Origin: Candidatus Bathyarchaeota archaeon
GTDB lineage: Archaea; Thermoproteota; Bathyarchaeia; RBG-16-48-13; JAGTRE01
Assembly: GCA_018396415.1 (NCBI GenBank)
Contig: JAGTRE010000004.1
Span: 21,380 to 85,379 of the forward strand
Direction: 5' to 3'
DNA length: 64,000 nt
How positions within the stretch are numbered: the stretch's first letter is position 1; every line of letters starts with the position of its first letter. Positions 27,845-38,708 of this stretch are shown here, one piece after another. Both the position numbers and the translations under genes were made by a program. Below the pieces are notes generated by a model. The model was not told where the DNA came from, ran no database searches, and saw only the letters and a program-made list of their open reading frames with translations.

Positions 27845-28120
27845 TCAAGATTTACTCTCCGGTAGAATTTCAACGCGCAAAATTGAGTCCAAATGAATGT
27901 AAAGTTCACTTTTTCTTTCACGACTAATCACTTGTGGTATCGGATTTGCCAGAGTACCACGTACAATTACGGCATCAACCTCAGTTAACCAAATGCCTAA
28001 CGGGGACCTAGAAACCGCTGCTAGTTTTCCTTCAAATCCGTAATCTCGATCAACTAGAACTAGCATCTTTCGTCCAATATTCCGCTCGAAGTAAGTTAGG
28101 ATTGAATGTGAATGGGACAT
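27845..28120 (-). CDS. Sm-like (LSm fold) protein, putative
   Basis: GRKMLVLVDRDYGFEGKLAAV..LGIWLTEVD (Sm1-like) and AVIVRG (Sm2-like). It lies 32 nt upstream of the beta-CASP gene on the same strand. Confidence 0.4.
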   Translation of the reverse strand: MSHSHSILTYFERNIGRKMLVLVDRDYGFEGKLAAVSRSPLGIWLTEVDAVIVRGTLANPIPQVISRERKSELYIHLDSILRVEILPESKS

Positions 28121-28228
28121 GAATTAAGGCTCCGCAAATCCATCCCTTTGTATTCATTGCGGATGAATTAAAGTTTTAAAATTCTTTTGTTATGAAGAGA
28201 ACTAAGCTAGTCTTATAGGTTATAAGTC

Positions 28229-30028
28229 ATGAACAACTCTGGTACAAACCACCTAAAACGCGCGACTAAACATTACGGTGCACTTTTCACATTTCCAACT
28301 CACAGAACTCTAATTATGTTACAGTTTGTGATAGGCTCTATAGGCGGTGGACTGGCCTTCTTTCCTCTTTTTTCAAGTTTTGTGATGAGTACGATGACTG
28401 GCATTTGCATATTTGTAGCGCCTTCAATGATCGGTGATATTTTGATAAAGTCTATTATCATTCGCAACGATCCAGTTTTTAACCTGAGGCGCTGTGCTGC
28501 GCTTTCTTTAATTGGCGGAACCCTTTGGGTAGGCATCACTATTATTGGGGGAATTATCAGTTTCTTAACCATGAATCCGGTTGCACTGGGAAGAGCGTTT
28601 ATTCTCGGTTTCGGCACTGTTTTGGCGCTTCGGCTTTTAGCATTTTATGCGATTTCGTTTTCTAAAAATTATCAGAATTTTTTCGCAGCAATAACGCAGC
28701 CACTGCTTTGCCTTACAAGTGCTTTTTACCTACAAATTTTTTCTTTCAATCTTCTAACTCCTCTATTTGGCTCAACTATTATCCTGTTAATCGCCTCCTC
28801 CGCTTTCTTTAAATTCATTGATAGACACGGCAAGGAGAAAATAGGACTTAATGCAATTCCATTGTTTCGGGGGTTTGTTGCTGATTGGGCAGAAAATCTT
28901 AATGCTCCGCTTGAAGAGTGCTTTGAGAAACTTGGAAGCGATGAAGAGATTTCGGTCACGGTTGCGGCATTTCAAAGTAATGGCTCTAATACGCTTTTAG
29001 TTATTCCCTCATTTCACCCAGGACCATTTAGAAACGTTGGTAGTAGCAGACTTCCATGTGAACTTCAACAATCGCTTGAAGCTAAAACTGGGGCTACAGT
29101 TCTTGTAACTCACGGTCCATCCGGGCATGAACTTAATCTTGCATCTCAAAAACAAAATCAACGAATCATAGAGGAAACATTCAAACTTGTTGCATTCAAA
29201 CAGTTTTCTCCCTTCGCCAGCCGCATGATACGCGCTGAAGTAGGTTACGCAAAGGCAAGTTGCCAAGTTCTAGGTGATGGTGTTCTTTTAACTCTCACCT
29301 GTGCACCTAAAACTATGGAAGACATTCCAAGAGAGGCTAGTTTACCTATACTAGATGTTGGCAAAAAATTGTTGTTCAAAACCGTAGCCATCGTAGATGC
29401 GCATAATAGTGTAAATAGTGATGAACCACTCTCGGATCTAGACATTGAAGCAATAATAGAAGCGGCAAAGCTGGCATTGGAAAATGCGGCTAGCGAGCCG
29501 CGTAGCAAATTCCAAGTTGGAGCGGCTAAGGTTATTCTTCCTGGGTACACTATTCGCGAGGGAATAGGGCCAGGAGGAATTGTTGTGTTAGTTATAAAAG
29601 TTGGCGATCAGATGGTGGCATACATAACTATTGATGGAAATAACATGGTCACAGGTTTACGTGAAAAAATTCTAAATTCTCTCCTGGAAATCGGTATTAA
29701 TGACGGCGAGGTTTTAACGACAGATACTCATGCGGTTAATGCTGTAACATTAATACCGCGGGGTTACCATCCTATTGGGGAGGCTATAGATCAACAGCAA
29801 CTAATTCATTACATCAAGGAAGCAACAAAAACTGCGTTAGGTAACTTAAAAGATGCTGAAGTTTCTTGGAACACTGGAACATTTAATAAGGTTAGGGTCC
29901 TAGGCTCAAAACGGCTTTCTGAATTAGCTTTCCTTGTGGATTCGACGGCTAATTTGGCGAAAAAGGCTGCGATGATCTTCTTTGTACCAGCTTGTTTTTT
30001 CGCCGTTCTTTTTTCCATAATATTTTAG
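28229..30028 (+). CDS. DUF2070-like archaeal membrane protein
   Basis: N-terminal half has about 6 TM helices, followed by a large soluble domain and a C-terminal TM helix. The layout is remembered as typical of DUF2070. Confidence 0.45.
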   Translation: MNNSGTNHLKRATKHYGALFTFPTHRTLIMLQFVIGSIGGGLAFFPLFSSFVMSTMTGICIFVAPSMIGDILIKSIIIRNDPVFNLRRCAALSLIGGTLWVGITIIGGIISFLTMNPVALGRAFILGFGTVLALRLLAFYAISFSKNYQNFFAAITQPLLCLTSAFYLQIFSFNLLTPLFGSTIILLIASSAFFKFIDRHGKEKIGLNAIPLFRGFVADWAENLNAPLEECFEKLGSDEEISVTVAAFQSNGSNTLLVIPSFHPGPFRNVGSSRLPCELQQSLEAKTGATVLVTHGPSGHELNLASQKQNQRIIEETFKLVAFKQFSPFASRMIRAEVGYAKASCQVLGDGVLLTLTCAPKTMEDIPREASLPILDVGKKLLFKTVAIVDAHNSVNSDEPLSDLDIEAIIEAAKLALENAASEPRSKFQVGAAKVILPGYTIREGIGPGGIVVLVIKVGDQMVAYITIDGNNMVTGLREKILNSLLEIGINDGEVLTTDTHAVNAVTLIPRGYHPIGEAIDQQQLIHYIKEATKTALGNLKDAEVSWNTGTFNKVRVLGSKRLSELAFLVDSTANLAKKAAMIFFVPACFFAVLFSIIF

Positions 30029-30111
30029 AAGCTTTATTTTTAAGTCGTTATTATAAGTAGCGAGGGCAGGGGTAGTTTTTCAGTATTTAACAGTTTATGT
30101 GAGATAGGGAA

Positions 30112-30408
30112 TTAAGCTATTTTGGCCTTAGGCTTTGAAATCGTAATTTCAATAGTTGAAACACTTGTTTCATTGCCTTCGGAACGAGCAACCTTTTGCG
30201 TGGCAATATTTATTCCCTTAATCTCTAAATCCTTAATGAAGGCTCGACGTAATAATTCAACTGTGTCTACGGCTCGGCTTATCGCGCGACCTCTGGCTTT
30301 TACTAGTACTTGTTGTGCTCCATTATTAAAGAAGGTTAGGCAGGCTACAACATAATTCATAATCGGCTTTTTACCTATGAGTACTATGCTTTCTTGGGGT
30401 TGACTCAT
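30112..30408 (-). CDS. albA: Chromatin protein Alba
   Basis: IGKKPIMNYVVACLTFFNNG..VLVKARGRAISRAVDTVELLRR; 98 aa. Confidence 0.85.
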   Translation of the reverse strand: MSQPQESIVLIGKKPIMNYVVACLTFFNNGAQQVLVKARGRAISRAVDTVELLRRAFIKDLEIKGINIATQKVARSEGNETSVSTIEITISKPKAKIA

Positions 30409-30757
30409 TTATAGCCCTCCGAATGTCTTTCTTGGTTTGAATGCATTATCGAATCATGCTTATTCATTATGAAAATGTTTCGATGGTGAATAAGGGAGTC
30501 AAATATCTGGGATCCTTAAATACCCTCATTTCGATGCTTTAAAACAACCCTAAATCCCCACGTTACATGGAAGTAAAGGCTTTGCTAAAGCGCCTTCTCC
30601 CCTGTATCAAAACAGAGTTTAAGCATTTCTTAACATTAATTCATTCCATCAGATAATGATAAACAATTACGGTGTCATACTCGTGGAAACTGTTTTCTAA
30701 GTGGTGATAGATAATAGATCAGCATACGCCAAGGAATTTTATGATTGTGGTGGGACA

Positions 30758-31264
30758 ATGTCTTCTAAAAGAGGAGTTAAAATTTCTGTCGTAGATATAA
30801 AGAAGCCAGCAGACGTTCAATTTATTTGTGGTCAAGGCAATTTTAGTATCTTCAGTACGGACAACTTATTCCGGACTTTTCAGACGACCCTTCCACCAGG
30901 AGTTAAGTTCGGTATAGCCATGAACGAAGCAGCACCTAGACTAGTACGCGTAACCGCTAATGACATTGAACTGGAGCGGTTAGCTGCGGAAGCTGCTCTC
31001 GCAATTGGGGCTTCTCACGTTTGGGTTGCCATGATGCGCGGAGCTTATCCAATAAATGTTCTAAATGCCTTAAAGCAAAACATAGGCGTATGTACGGTTT
31101 TTGTAGCGACAGCTAATCCCTGCCAAATTATTATTGCAGAGACCAAGCTGGGACGTGCCGTTCTTGGGGCAGTTGATGGAACATCAGTGACTAGAATTGA
31201 AAATGAAAAGGAACGGGAAGAGCGCCGAGCACTAGTTAGAAAACTCGGCTACGTGCTGGGGTAA
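30758..31264 (+). CDS. Adenosine-specific kinase family protein (PF04008-like)
   Basis: The family is recognised from the overall pattern (FICGQGNFSIF..FGIAMNEA..HVWVAMMRGAYPINVLNALK). I prefer ATG at 30758 over the track start at 30701. Confidence 0.5.
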   Translation: MSSKRGVKISVVDIKKPADVQFICGQGNFSIFSTDNLFRTFQTTLPPGVKFGIAMNEAAPRLVRVTANDIELERLAAEAALAIGASHVWVAMMRGAYPINVLNALKQNIGVCTVFVATANPCQIIIAETKLGRAVLGAVDGTSVTRIENEKEREERRALVRKLGYVLG

Positions 31265-31452
31265 GCGGATTTCAGTTATATCTGCAAGAAAGTGGAGAAT
31301 TTAACAACTAATTTTCATCAAACGATGAGTACTTAAATTCGAATCTAGTGGAAGTTGAGAGGAGGGAGGGTTGCTTTTCCATTTTATTAAGTCTTATATC
31401 ATTACTAACCAAATCTATGTAGTCCGGTTTTGCTTGTTAAGGAGGTTATACA

Positions 31453-32802
31453 TTGGCGCTAAAAGGTGAATATCCGAAGATTCGCGTCTCTCCACCTGGT
31501 CCTAGGGCACGCAATCTTCTGAAACGCGATGAAGCGGTGGTCTCCCAGTCCTTTGTGCGTTACTATCCACTTGTAGCCGAGTCGGGAAGTGGGTGTATCC
31601 TTCGGGATGTTGATGGAAACGAGTACATAGATTTTAACTCAGGAATAGCTGTATTAGCTGTCGGGCATAGCCATCCCGCGGTTGTAGAAGCTATTAAAAA
31701 ACAAGCTGAACGACTTATTCATTATTCTTATACTGATTTTTACTACGAACCTCTTGTTAGTCTCTCGGAGAAACTTTGCGAAATCACGCCTGGTAAATTT
31801 GATAAAAAAGTTTTTACTGGGAATAGCGGAGCCGAAGCCATTGAGGCAGCGGTCAAACTCGCTAAATGGCATACCCGAAAACACCAATTCATTGGCTTTA
31901 TCGGAGGCTTCCATGGACGAACGATTGGTGCGCTCAGTCTCACTGCGAGTAAGCCAGTTCAACGGAGGTATTTCTTTCCTGTGATGCCAGGTGTCACGCA
32001 TGTGCCATACCCATACTGCTATCGGTGCCCTTTCAAACAGACTCTCCCTGACTGCGACTACTGGTGCGTAAACTATATCGATGAAATGGTCTTTCAAAAA
32101 TTCATTCCACCCGAAGAGGTAGCCGCAATTGTTTTTGAACCCATTCAAGGGGAGGGGGGTTACATTGTACCTCCTCCGGATTACTTTAAACGCCTCAAAA
32201 AATTGGCTGATAAATACAACATTCTTTTGATAGATGATGAAATACAGGCTGGAATGGGTCGTACTGGAAAATGGTTTGCTATTGAACACTGGGGAATTGA
32301 GCCAGATATTATATGCATTGCTAAGGCATTAGCCTCAGGTTTACCAATAGGTGCTATGGTAGCTAGAGCTGAATGTATGGATTGGGAGGCAGGCTCCCAC
32401 GCTACTACCTTTGGTGGAAATCCGGTTGCATGTGCTGCTGCGTTAGCAACAATAGACGTAATTAAAAACGAACATCTCTTAGAAAATGCAACAAAACAGG
32501 GTAATTATATTATGAAGCAGTTCGTAGAATTGCAAACTGAATGTGAAATAATCGGCGATGTTCGCGGGAAAGGCTTGATGGTTGGCATTGAATTAGTTCG
32601 AAATAGGGATACTAAGACACCGGGGCGTAATGAAGCCTACGAGGTCATGATAAGAAGTTGGAAGCATGGTGTTGCTCTAATTACCTGCGGTGCTTCCACC
32701 TTGCGGATTGCCCCGCCTCTCATAATCACTCGTGAGCTTGTTGACACTGCTCTTTCGATTATAGAAAGTGCAATTAAGGAAGTCGAACGTGAAACAAGGT
32801 AG
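31453..32802 (+). CDS. Class III PLP-dependent aminotransferase (4-aminobutyrate/ornithine type)
   Basis: GNSGAEAIEAA, LLIDDEIQAGMGRTGKWFA, IAKALASG (PLP lysine). TTG start follows AAGGAGG. Confidence 0.8.
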   Translation: MALKGEYPKIRVSPPGPRARNLLKRDEAVVSQSFVRYYPLVAESGSGCILRDVDGNEYIDFNSGIAVLAVGHSHPAVVEAIKKQAERLIHYSYTDFYYEPLVSLSEKLCEITPGKFDKKVFTGNSGAEAIEAAVKLAKWHTRKHQFIGFIGGFHGRTIGALSLTASKPVQRRYFFPVMPGVTHVPYPYCYRCPFKQTLPDCDYWCVNYIDEMVFQKFIPPEEVAAIVFEPIQGEGGYIVPPPDYFKRLKKLADKYNILLIDDEIQAGMGRTGKWFAIEHWGIEPDIICIAKALASGLPIGAMVARAECMDWEAGSHATTFGGNPVACAAALATIDVIKNEHLLENATKQGNYIMKQFVELQTECEIIGDVRGKGLMVGIELVRNRDTKTPGRNEAYEVMIRSWKHGVALITCGASTLRIAPPLIITRELVDTALSIIESAIKEVERETR

Positions 32803-32825
32803 GCGCTGTACCGCTTACTTTCAGA

Positions 32826-34856
32826 TTAATTCTTCTGTGCTGGGGCTAACCATGCTTCTTTTACGATTAACTGCATTTTGTTGATCGCTTGGTTAAACGC
32901 GGTTTTTCCAATAACTATGATCTCCTTTCCGAGTAGCTTCTCACTTATCCATTGTAAAGGCGCGCATATATCCCCAGTTTGATTAATGATCTCTTGAGCT
33001 TTTTCAACTGGCATGTTAAGTATCTCTTCCGCTTGTTTCCCGAAGAAAAGGGCATTAATTACTCCTGTGCCATCATTAAGCAAAATTTCAACAATTAAAC
33101 GGGCGGATGGTTCGGCAACCACTCCGCAAGAGTCGCAACGCCAGTTTTCACCCAGTTTTTTAAGTTTCCCTAAACATTTAGGGCACACAAGATGAATGCA
33201 TGGCTTCGGCAGAACTTCGGCGATAGCCGCGTGAACTTCCACGTTCTCACCGTTAACGAGGCTCGTTATCTTTTTTCTTTGAGGAGCAGCCCCTTCAATG
33301 ACAAGTTGGAAACTAGATGCATCGGCTGAAGTTTTTGAGAGAACTTCAATTGTCGTATGCATCCCTGAAGACAATTCTAACTCTTCAGCGAGCCCAGCTT
33401 TCACATAGGCGTTTTTAATTTTGATTTGGTTACCGACAGAAAGTTCTTTTGATAAGGCGGCGAGATGTCTCCACATACTGGCCTTTACTTCGCCAGTTTG
33501 ATCCCTGAGTGTAAAAGACGCAACTAATACGGTCTCTCCTCCCATTGTCACCACTTCCCTAACGACGGGTGGACTAACGATGGTGCCCTCAATAGTCACA
33601 TTGGTCATACCCCGTTTAAGTTGGGCTATTTGCATAGTTTCTTCTGCCTGCGGAAGATTAGCTGCCCGAGCTATCTGGGGATTTAATGTCAATGAACCAA
33701 CTTTACCTAAATTCAGGCTTATTGTGCCAAATCTTTCTTTCGTGTACGCCCCCTCGATAAGCACAATGTCACCGGATTTAATTTTATCAGCTAATCCAGC
33801 GTGGGCATCCCACAATGACAGTTGTATACTACCAGTTTCATCTTTGATGGTTAATGTAGTTACATATCCGATCTCCCCAGATCTTCTTTTAAACTCTCGA
33901 ATTGGTCCAATGTTAAGGACTCTGGCTAGTAAACTCACATCTGTCATGCCAGCTTTTAGGTCGGCAATTTTCAGAAGGTTAATCTGCGGGGGAGCTGGAG
34001 GCAACGTATCTTCGGCTAGGATAGTTATTTGGCTTCTCTTCTCCACATGGATCTCCAGCCTTTCATCGAAACCTTTTGCAATTCGTCCTCCCATGATTTG
34101 GAGGCAATGGCCCTTCCTTATTTCTCTAATTTCTTCAACTTTTTCATTCCAAAACACGGCCTCAATTTTTCCAGTTTCATCGGCGAGTTGTAAACGAATC
34201 ACTTTCCCAACTTGACCATCGGGCTTGCTAAAGGTGGTCGGCGGGAAAATACGCTGAACATAGCCAATTATATTGACATAAATGTCATTTTCGCTAACTT
34301 CAGTTATCTTCTTAAAAAACTCTCTAACATCAGGAAACTTCTCAGGTTTAACATTTGGGGGATCAATAATAATACTTCCACGCGATCCAATGTTAAGTTC
34401 GGGCTTGCCGCTTAATCCATCCCTAACATAACCATGTAAAAGTTGAATAATTTGATTTTGCACGATCTTACCTTGGCACACAAGGTCAGTCTTATTATCC
34501 CATAATACTACGTCTAACATACCGGTACGGTCGGCAATGACCAATCGTGCAACTTTTCCCATGGTTTTATCCTGCCTAGGAAAAAACTGAACTGGGTAAA
34601 CCAAAAGTACACGTCCAGAAATTGATACGTCATTAATTCCCGGCACTAAATCCCGAATTGTAATCTCAGTCTTCAAATCATCTGCTTCTTTAAGGTCAAC
34701 ACCCAATTCCGATGCAACAATATACGCCGCTCCCTCTTCGGTTAATAACCCTCCAACCTCATCCCTCTTCTTTTTAATCATTTGCTTAACCGCATCTAAT
34801 GTCAAATCAGAGCGTTCTTTTAGAATTCGATCCACGATATCCCTATGCTTTAACAA
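32826..34856 (-). CDS. rpa: Replication protein A (single polypeptide; about four OB folds plus a zinc-finger OB)
   Basis: N-terminal LTEEGAAYIVASELGV, repeated OB-like modules (..GRV..V..F....G....V..L.I.DETG.I....W..), and CPKC..x13..CDSCG near the C-terminus. Confidence 0.75.
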   Translation of the reverse strand: MLKHRDIVDRILKERSDLTLDAVKQMIKKKRDEVGGLLTEEGAAYIVASELGVDLKEADDLKTEITIRDLVPGINDVSISGRVLLVYPVQFFPRQDKTMGKVARLVIADRTGMLDVVLWDNKTDLVCQGKIVQNQIIQLLHGYVRDGLSGKPELNIGSRGSIIIDPPNVKPEKFPDVREFFKKITEVSENDIYVNIIGYVQRIFPPTTFSKPDGQVGKVIRLQLADETGKIEAVFWNEKVEEIREIRKGHCLQIMGGRIAKGFDERLEIHVEKRSQITILAEDTLPPAPPQINLLKIADLKAGMTDVSLLARVLNIGPIREFKRRSGEIGYVTTLTIKDETGSIQLSLWDAHAGLADKIKSGDIVLIEGAYTKERFGTISLNLGKVGSLTLNPQIARAANLPQAEETMQIAQLKRGMTNVTIEGTIVSPPVVREVVTMGGETVLVASFTLRDQTGEVKASMWRHLAALSKELSVGNQIKIKNAYVKAGLAEELELSSGMHTTIEVLSKTSADASSFQLVIEGAAPQRKKITSLVNGENVEVHAAIAEVLPKPCIHLVCPKCLGKLKKLGENWRCDSCGVVAEPSARLIVEILLNDGTGVINALFFGKQAEEILNMPVEKAQEIINQTGDICAPLQWISEKLLGKEIIVIGKTAFNQAINKMQLIVKEAWLAPAQKN

Positions 34857-34940
34857 AGTTTCTCACCATATACTTAATGGGAATAGTCCATATGAACCTA
34901 ACCGCTAATTTCACAGCATGAAATATAATAGAACAAAATT

Positions 34941-37892
34941 TTAGTCCCAAAACATTCGAGTTCTAAGATAATTTCTTTCAGCGGCTAATATATTCATATA
35001 AAATTCTTCTTCCGTTTTGTAGGATTTACGGAGAATTCTAACAGCAGTCGTTGGACCTATTCCTCGACCCGCCATGGCGATTGCTGCCCGCCGTCCATAT
35101 GTTTGGATTAGACTTGCATTTTTCCATGCGGTCTGCCATTTCTTTTCCTCTTCAGTGGTAAGTTTCCTTCCTCGAACTTTCTTCTCAGCAATTTTTGCGA
35201 GCTCTAAATCATTTTCATATGTTGTAGCAATAAGTGTAGAATTACAGCGCGGACATCTAATCCTTTCTGGAAGCGTACGCAGATGGTATATCCCTGTCCA
35301 ATCCCCATTCCAAATACAGACAAGTCTCACCCGCTCAGATGATAATCGTTCTTTGATTACGTCAACGAGTGCCTTTGTTGGTATGACGGGTCTAAGGAGG
35401 TCATGGGGAGCTATCTTATCCAGTATTGGAAGGGCAAGTGGAGAATATTCGGCTTTAAGTTTTATAATTAAAACCTGAATATCTCCAGCTCTAATCAATT
35501 CTATAATTGTTTTAGTCCCTTCGATATCTAACTTCTCTGTCTTGAGTTCCCTCAATGTCTCGTGATAAATAGGTGTGTCCCTTAATGCGTTGACAAGCAT
35601 TCTTGCGCGGCTCATTCGGTAATCCGCCCTGCGTTCAATAACTCCAAATCTCTTAGCGACATGCCAAAGTCTCCAGGCAAACATTGCGGTATCTCCCAGT
35701 ATATTATCCAGTATCATTGTTACGTCATCTGGTGTTAACTCCATCAACTCTCTCCTTACAGCTTCTGGATCAAGATAATGCGGGGCAATGAATGCTATGC
35801 GATAGGGATCGGAGACTGAGGCGATATTTATTCCAAGCCTCGAACTTAGTACAGCACTAAGGACTCGACTGAGCGTTTCATTAACCAAGTTGCCGAAACA
35901 TGCGTGAATTATAACATAATTCTCAAAACACTCAATTACCATCCTGCGATCTGTTGGCACAGGGTAGGAGTATTCGACATGTTTTCTAATGGTTTCGACT
36001 ACCTTTTCGGCAGCATCTCTCTCTAATAGATACCCTTTTAGAACATCAAAAGGGCTTTCGTTTCTAGCGAGTCTTTCAGCAATAACGCCACGTAGTTGAC
36101 CAACGCTTTTCGCAATTTCAAATGGAACAGGGATAATTTCCCCTTCCCAACTGGGAATAGCGCCGAGGCTTTGGGCAACAGGTTCAACATTCAAGGTTCT
36201 TTTCTCTTCGTCAATATTTAGGATGCGCCAGCATTGACCATGCATTATAAATTCGACGCCTGGACGACCATTTTTAGCGATAAACTCTTGATCAAGTATG
36301 CCGATTTTTTGGCGCCGCATGAAATCGAATACGTCGTACTGCTTAACATCTGGGATCATCGACAAGTTTTCATAGTAATACCGGAATGTTCGGGGTAATC
36401 GCTTTTTAATCATATCTTCCTCAAATCTGATAACTCCACTCCTTTCAAGTTGGCTGACCGTTGAGGTTAAATCCTCAATAGTTAGTGCTCGATAGGGATA
36501 TGCGCGAGTGATAACTTGGTAAACCGTGTCTAAACCAACTTTACCGAAATCGAGAGCTAGACCGGCTATTTGATGGGCAAGCGCATCTAAAGCGTTTTCA
36601 TGAATTTGAGGCATCTCTAATAATTCATTCTGAGCGAATTTTGCTATTACACCAGCTTCAAGAATATCATCAGCCCAAGCAGCGAGCACACATCCAGTAG
36701 GTTTAGCGTCAATAGCATGTCCACTTCTGCCGATTCGTTGAACTAACTTTGTTACCTGCCTCGGTGATAAATATTGTACAACAAAGTCAACAGTTCCTAT
36801 ATCAATGCCTAGCTCAAGGGAAGATGTGCAAATAACAGCCTTCAGTTTACCTTCGCGAAAGGCTCTCTCAGTTTCTATTCTGACTTCTCGTGATAAGGAT
36901 CCGTGATGAACTCCAGCCTTAAGACCTGGTTTCAACGCATGAATCCTTGAGGTTAAAGCTTCAGCATGCTCTCGTGTGTTTGTAAATACTAATGTAGACT
37001 TATGGGCGTCTATCAGGTCAAAGAGTCGACGAATTCTTCCAACGCTCCCTGCAGAGATAAGAATTTTATCAGCTATTCTAGAATCTTCAGAAGTCGGTGA
37101 AGGGCTTTCTATACGTACATCTAACTTCTTTGTTGCCTCCGCCTTGACTACGCTGGCTACTCGACTATGTCCCATAAGAAACTTCGCGACCAGCTCAGGA
37201 TTGCCAATAGTTGCTGATAATCCGATTCGTTGAAACTCACGTCCAGTTAATTCTCGAAGACGCTCAAGTCCAATTGAAAGTTGGCATCCCCTTTTATCCG
37301 AAACAACTTCATGGACTTCATCTACGATAACCCAGCGCACTTCCTTAAGATGTATACGCATTTTTTTACCAGGTAGAATCGCTTGCAACGTTTCCGGTGT
37401 TGTTATTAACATATTTGGTGGATGCAGGGCCTGCAGCCTTCGGATTCTTGAGACAGTATCCCCATGTCGGACCTGGACATTTATACCAAGTCGTCCACCG
37501 ATCTCCATTAGCCTTCTAAAGATGTCGCGGTTCAACGCTCGAAGTGGTGTGATATAGAGGATTGAAATCCCGTGTAAGGGTCTTTCAGTTCTCTCCCTGA
37601 GGTAAAGCTCGAAAATTGGAAAGCACGCAGCTTCAGTTTTGCCAGTGCCCGTCGGGGATATAATTAAAACATTTTCTCCATTGAGAATTAGTGGAATCGC
37701 CTTTTTCTGCACATCAGTAGCCGTTTCGAACCCTAATTTTTCAATCTCTTCGCGTAAGGGCTTTGAAAAAAGTGAGAAAATGGATTGATTTGAACCCACA
37801 AATCTTACCTCATTTTCATTATGGCTTCTCGAGGTGGATGGAGCCTGCGCGAATATCTTTTTATGTAAGCTCATTTTCCTCAACTTATGCAA
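34941..37892 (-). CDS. lhr: Lhr-type large DEAD/DEAH-box helicase
   Basis: SPTGTGKT, VIVDEVHEV, LSAT, TSSLELGIDIG, QRIGRSGH. Lhr-like C-terminal extension with CPRC. Confidence 0.85.
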   Translation of the reverse strand: MHKLRKMSLHKKIFAQAPSTSRSHNENEVRFVGSNQSIFSLFSKPLREEIEKLGFETATDVQKKAIPLILNGENVLIISPTGTGKTEAACFPIFELYLRERTERPLHGISILYITPLRALNRDIFRRLMEIGGRLGINVQVRHGDTVSRIRRLQALHPPNMLITTPETLQAILPGKKMRIHLKEVRWVIVDEVHEVVSDKRGCQLSIGLERLRELTGREFQRIGLSATIGNPELVAKFLMGHSRVASVVKAEATKKLDVRIESPSPTSEDSRIADKILISAGSVGRIRRLFDLIDAHKSTLVFTNTREHAEALTSRIHALKPGLKAGVHHGSLSREVRIETERAFREGKLKAVICTSSLELGIDIGTVDFVVQYLSPRQVTKLVQRIGRSGHAIDAKPTGCVLAAWADDILEAGVIAKFAQNELLEMPQIHENALDALAHQIAGLALDFGKVGLDTVYQVITRAYPYRALTIEDLTSTVSQLERSGVIRFEEDMIKKRLPRTFRYYYENLSMIPDVKQYDVFDFMRRQKIGILDQEFIAKNGRPGVEFIMHGQCWRILNIDEEKRTLNVEPVAQSLGAIPSWEGEIIPVPFEIAKSVGQLRGVIAERLARNESPFDVLKGYLLERDAAEKVVETIRKHVEYSYPVPTDRRMVIECFENYVIIHACFGNLVNETLSRVLSAVLSSRLGINIASVSDPYRIAFIAPHYLDPEAVRRELMELTPDDVTMILDNILGDTAMFAWRLWHVAKRFGVIERRADYRMSRARMLVNALRDTPIYHETLRELKTEKLDIEGTKTIIELIRAGDIQVLIIKLKAEYSPLALPILDKIAPHDLLRPVIPTKALVDVIKERLSSERVRLVCIWNGDWTGIYHLRTLPERIRCPRCNSTLIATTYENDLELAKIAEKKVRGRKLTTEEEKKWQTAWKNASLIQTYGRRAAIAMAGRGIGPTTAVRILRKSYKTEEEFYMNILAAERNYLRTRMFWD

Positions 37893-38198
37893 CTTTTATA
37901 GATTTCTTTAACCTTTGAAAGTCCATTCTCTGTTAGTTAAATCTTCAATCCACTATAATTATAGTCGGTTTGTCCGAAGGAAATTACGAATTCACTTAGT
38001 GGAATGTTCTTTTCCATATGCCACGTACAGAAATGCAAGAATAAGCGTGATAAATGTTAGGCCAATTAAAAAGCTAGAGATTAGACCATAAAAATCTTCT
38101 ATACCCATTAGTTTAACGCCTCGGTTGAAAGTTTGTCAATAAAGTATTTAAACTGTAATCGGAAGTGCTGCAAATTCATGGTTTTGGTTTACTAAAAT

Positions 38199-38705
38199 TT
38201 ATTTTGCTGGCTTTTTGCCCATATTTCGCCACTCTGACATTAGAGTTTCATATAAGTCATCGAACTCCTCTATCGTGTCGTAACGTCCCATAGCCTCAGC
38301 TAACTTTTGGGCAATGAGATGGTAACAAAAATGGATTTCCCGTCCTTCTCCAACTACGCGGAAGTAAAAATCATCGCAAGAGCAGAACCCTGCCGATGGA
38401 ATAACTTGATAGTCTCTTATTTTGCCAACTACAATCCAAACCTCTCGTCCACTAGGCTTAAACAGATAACGTTTCACGCGATTACCCTTAAAAGCCTCCC
38501 ATCCGTTTTCGAATCTCTTCCCGAATACTGCCTTTAATTGAGCAATTCGATCGTCTGTGATTCGCTGAGTTAGTTTTGCTTCTTGGTAAACCTCATTGAG
38601 TAGCTTCTCTTCAGAACCCTTTTTGTTTATCATGCTTCCATCATTCAAATACTGCTTTGATAAAAACATCTTAAGTTTGTTGGTGTTTAGTAGATTTAGA
38701 AACAC
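38199..38705 (-). CDS. SWIM zinc-finger protein
   Basis: FCSCDDFYFRV..x11..FCYHL fits the CxCxnCxH pattern. The true start may be an internal Met (M13 or M25), because the track start is only 3 nt from the divergent gene. Confidence 0.55.
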   Translation of the reverse strand: MFLNLLNTNKLKMFLSKQYLNDGSMINKKGSEEKLLNEVYQEAKLTQRITDDRIAQLKAVFGKRFENGWEAFKGNRVKRYLFKPSGREVWIVVGKIRDYQVIPSAGFCSCDDFYFRVVGEGREIHFCYHLIAQKLAEAMGRYDTIEEFDDLYETLMSEWRNMGKKPAK

Positions 38706-38708
38706 ATC

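Noticed and set aside
30409-30757. ncRNA (for example a box C/D sRNA) in the 349-bp spacer between albA and the adenosine-kinase-like gene
   Set aside because: I found no RUGAUGA...CUGA pairing on either strand and no obvious stable structure. The spacer more likely holds two divergent promoters and 5' UTRs.
37995-38108. 37-aa hydrophobic small ORF (MGIEDFYGLISSFLIGLTFITLISCISV..) on the minus strand between lhr and the SWIM gene
   Set aside because: It is too short to support without conservation or expression data, and it has no clear RBS. It lies in the expected lhr promoter region.
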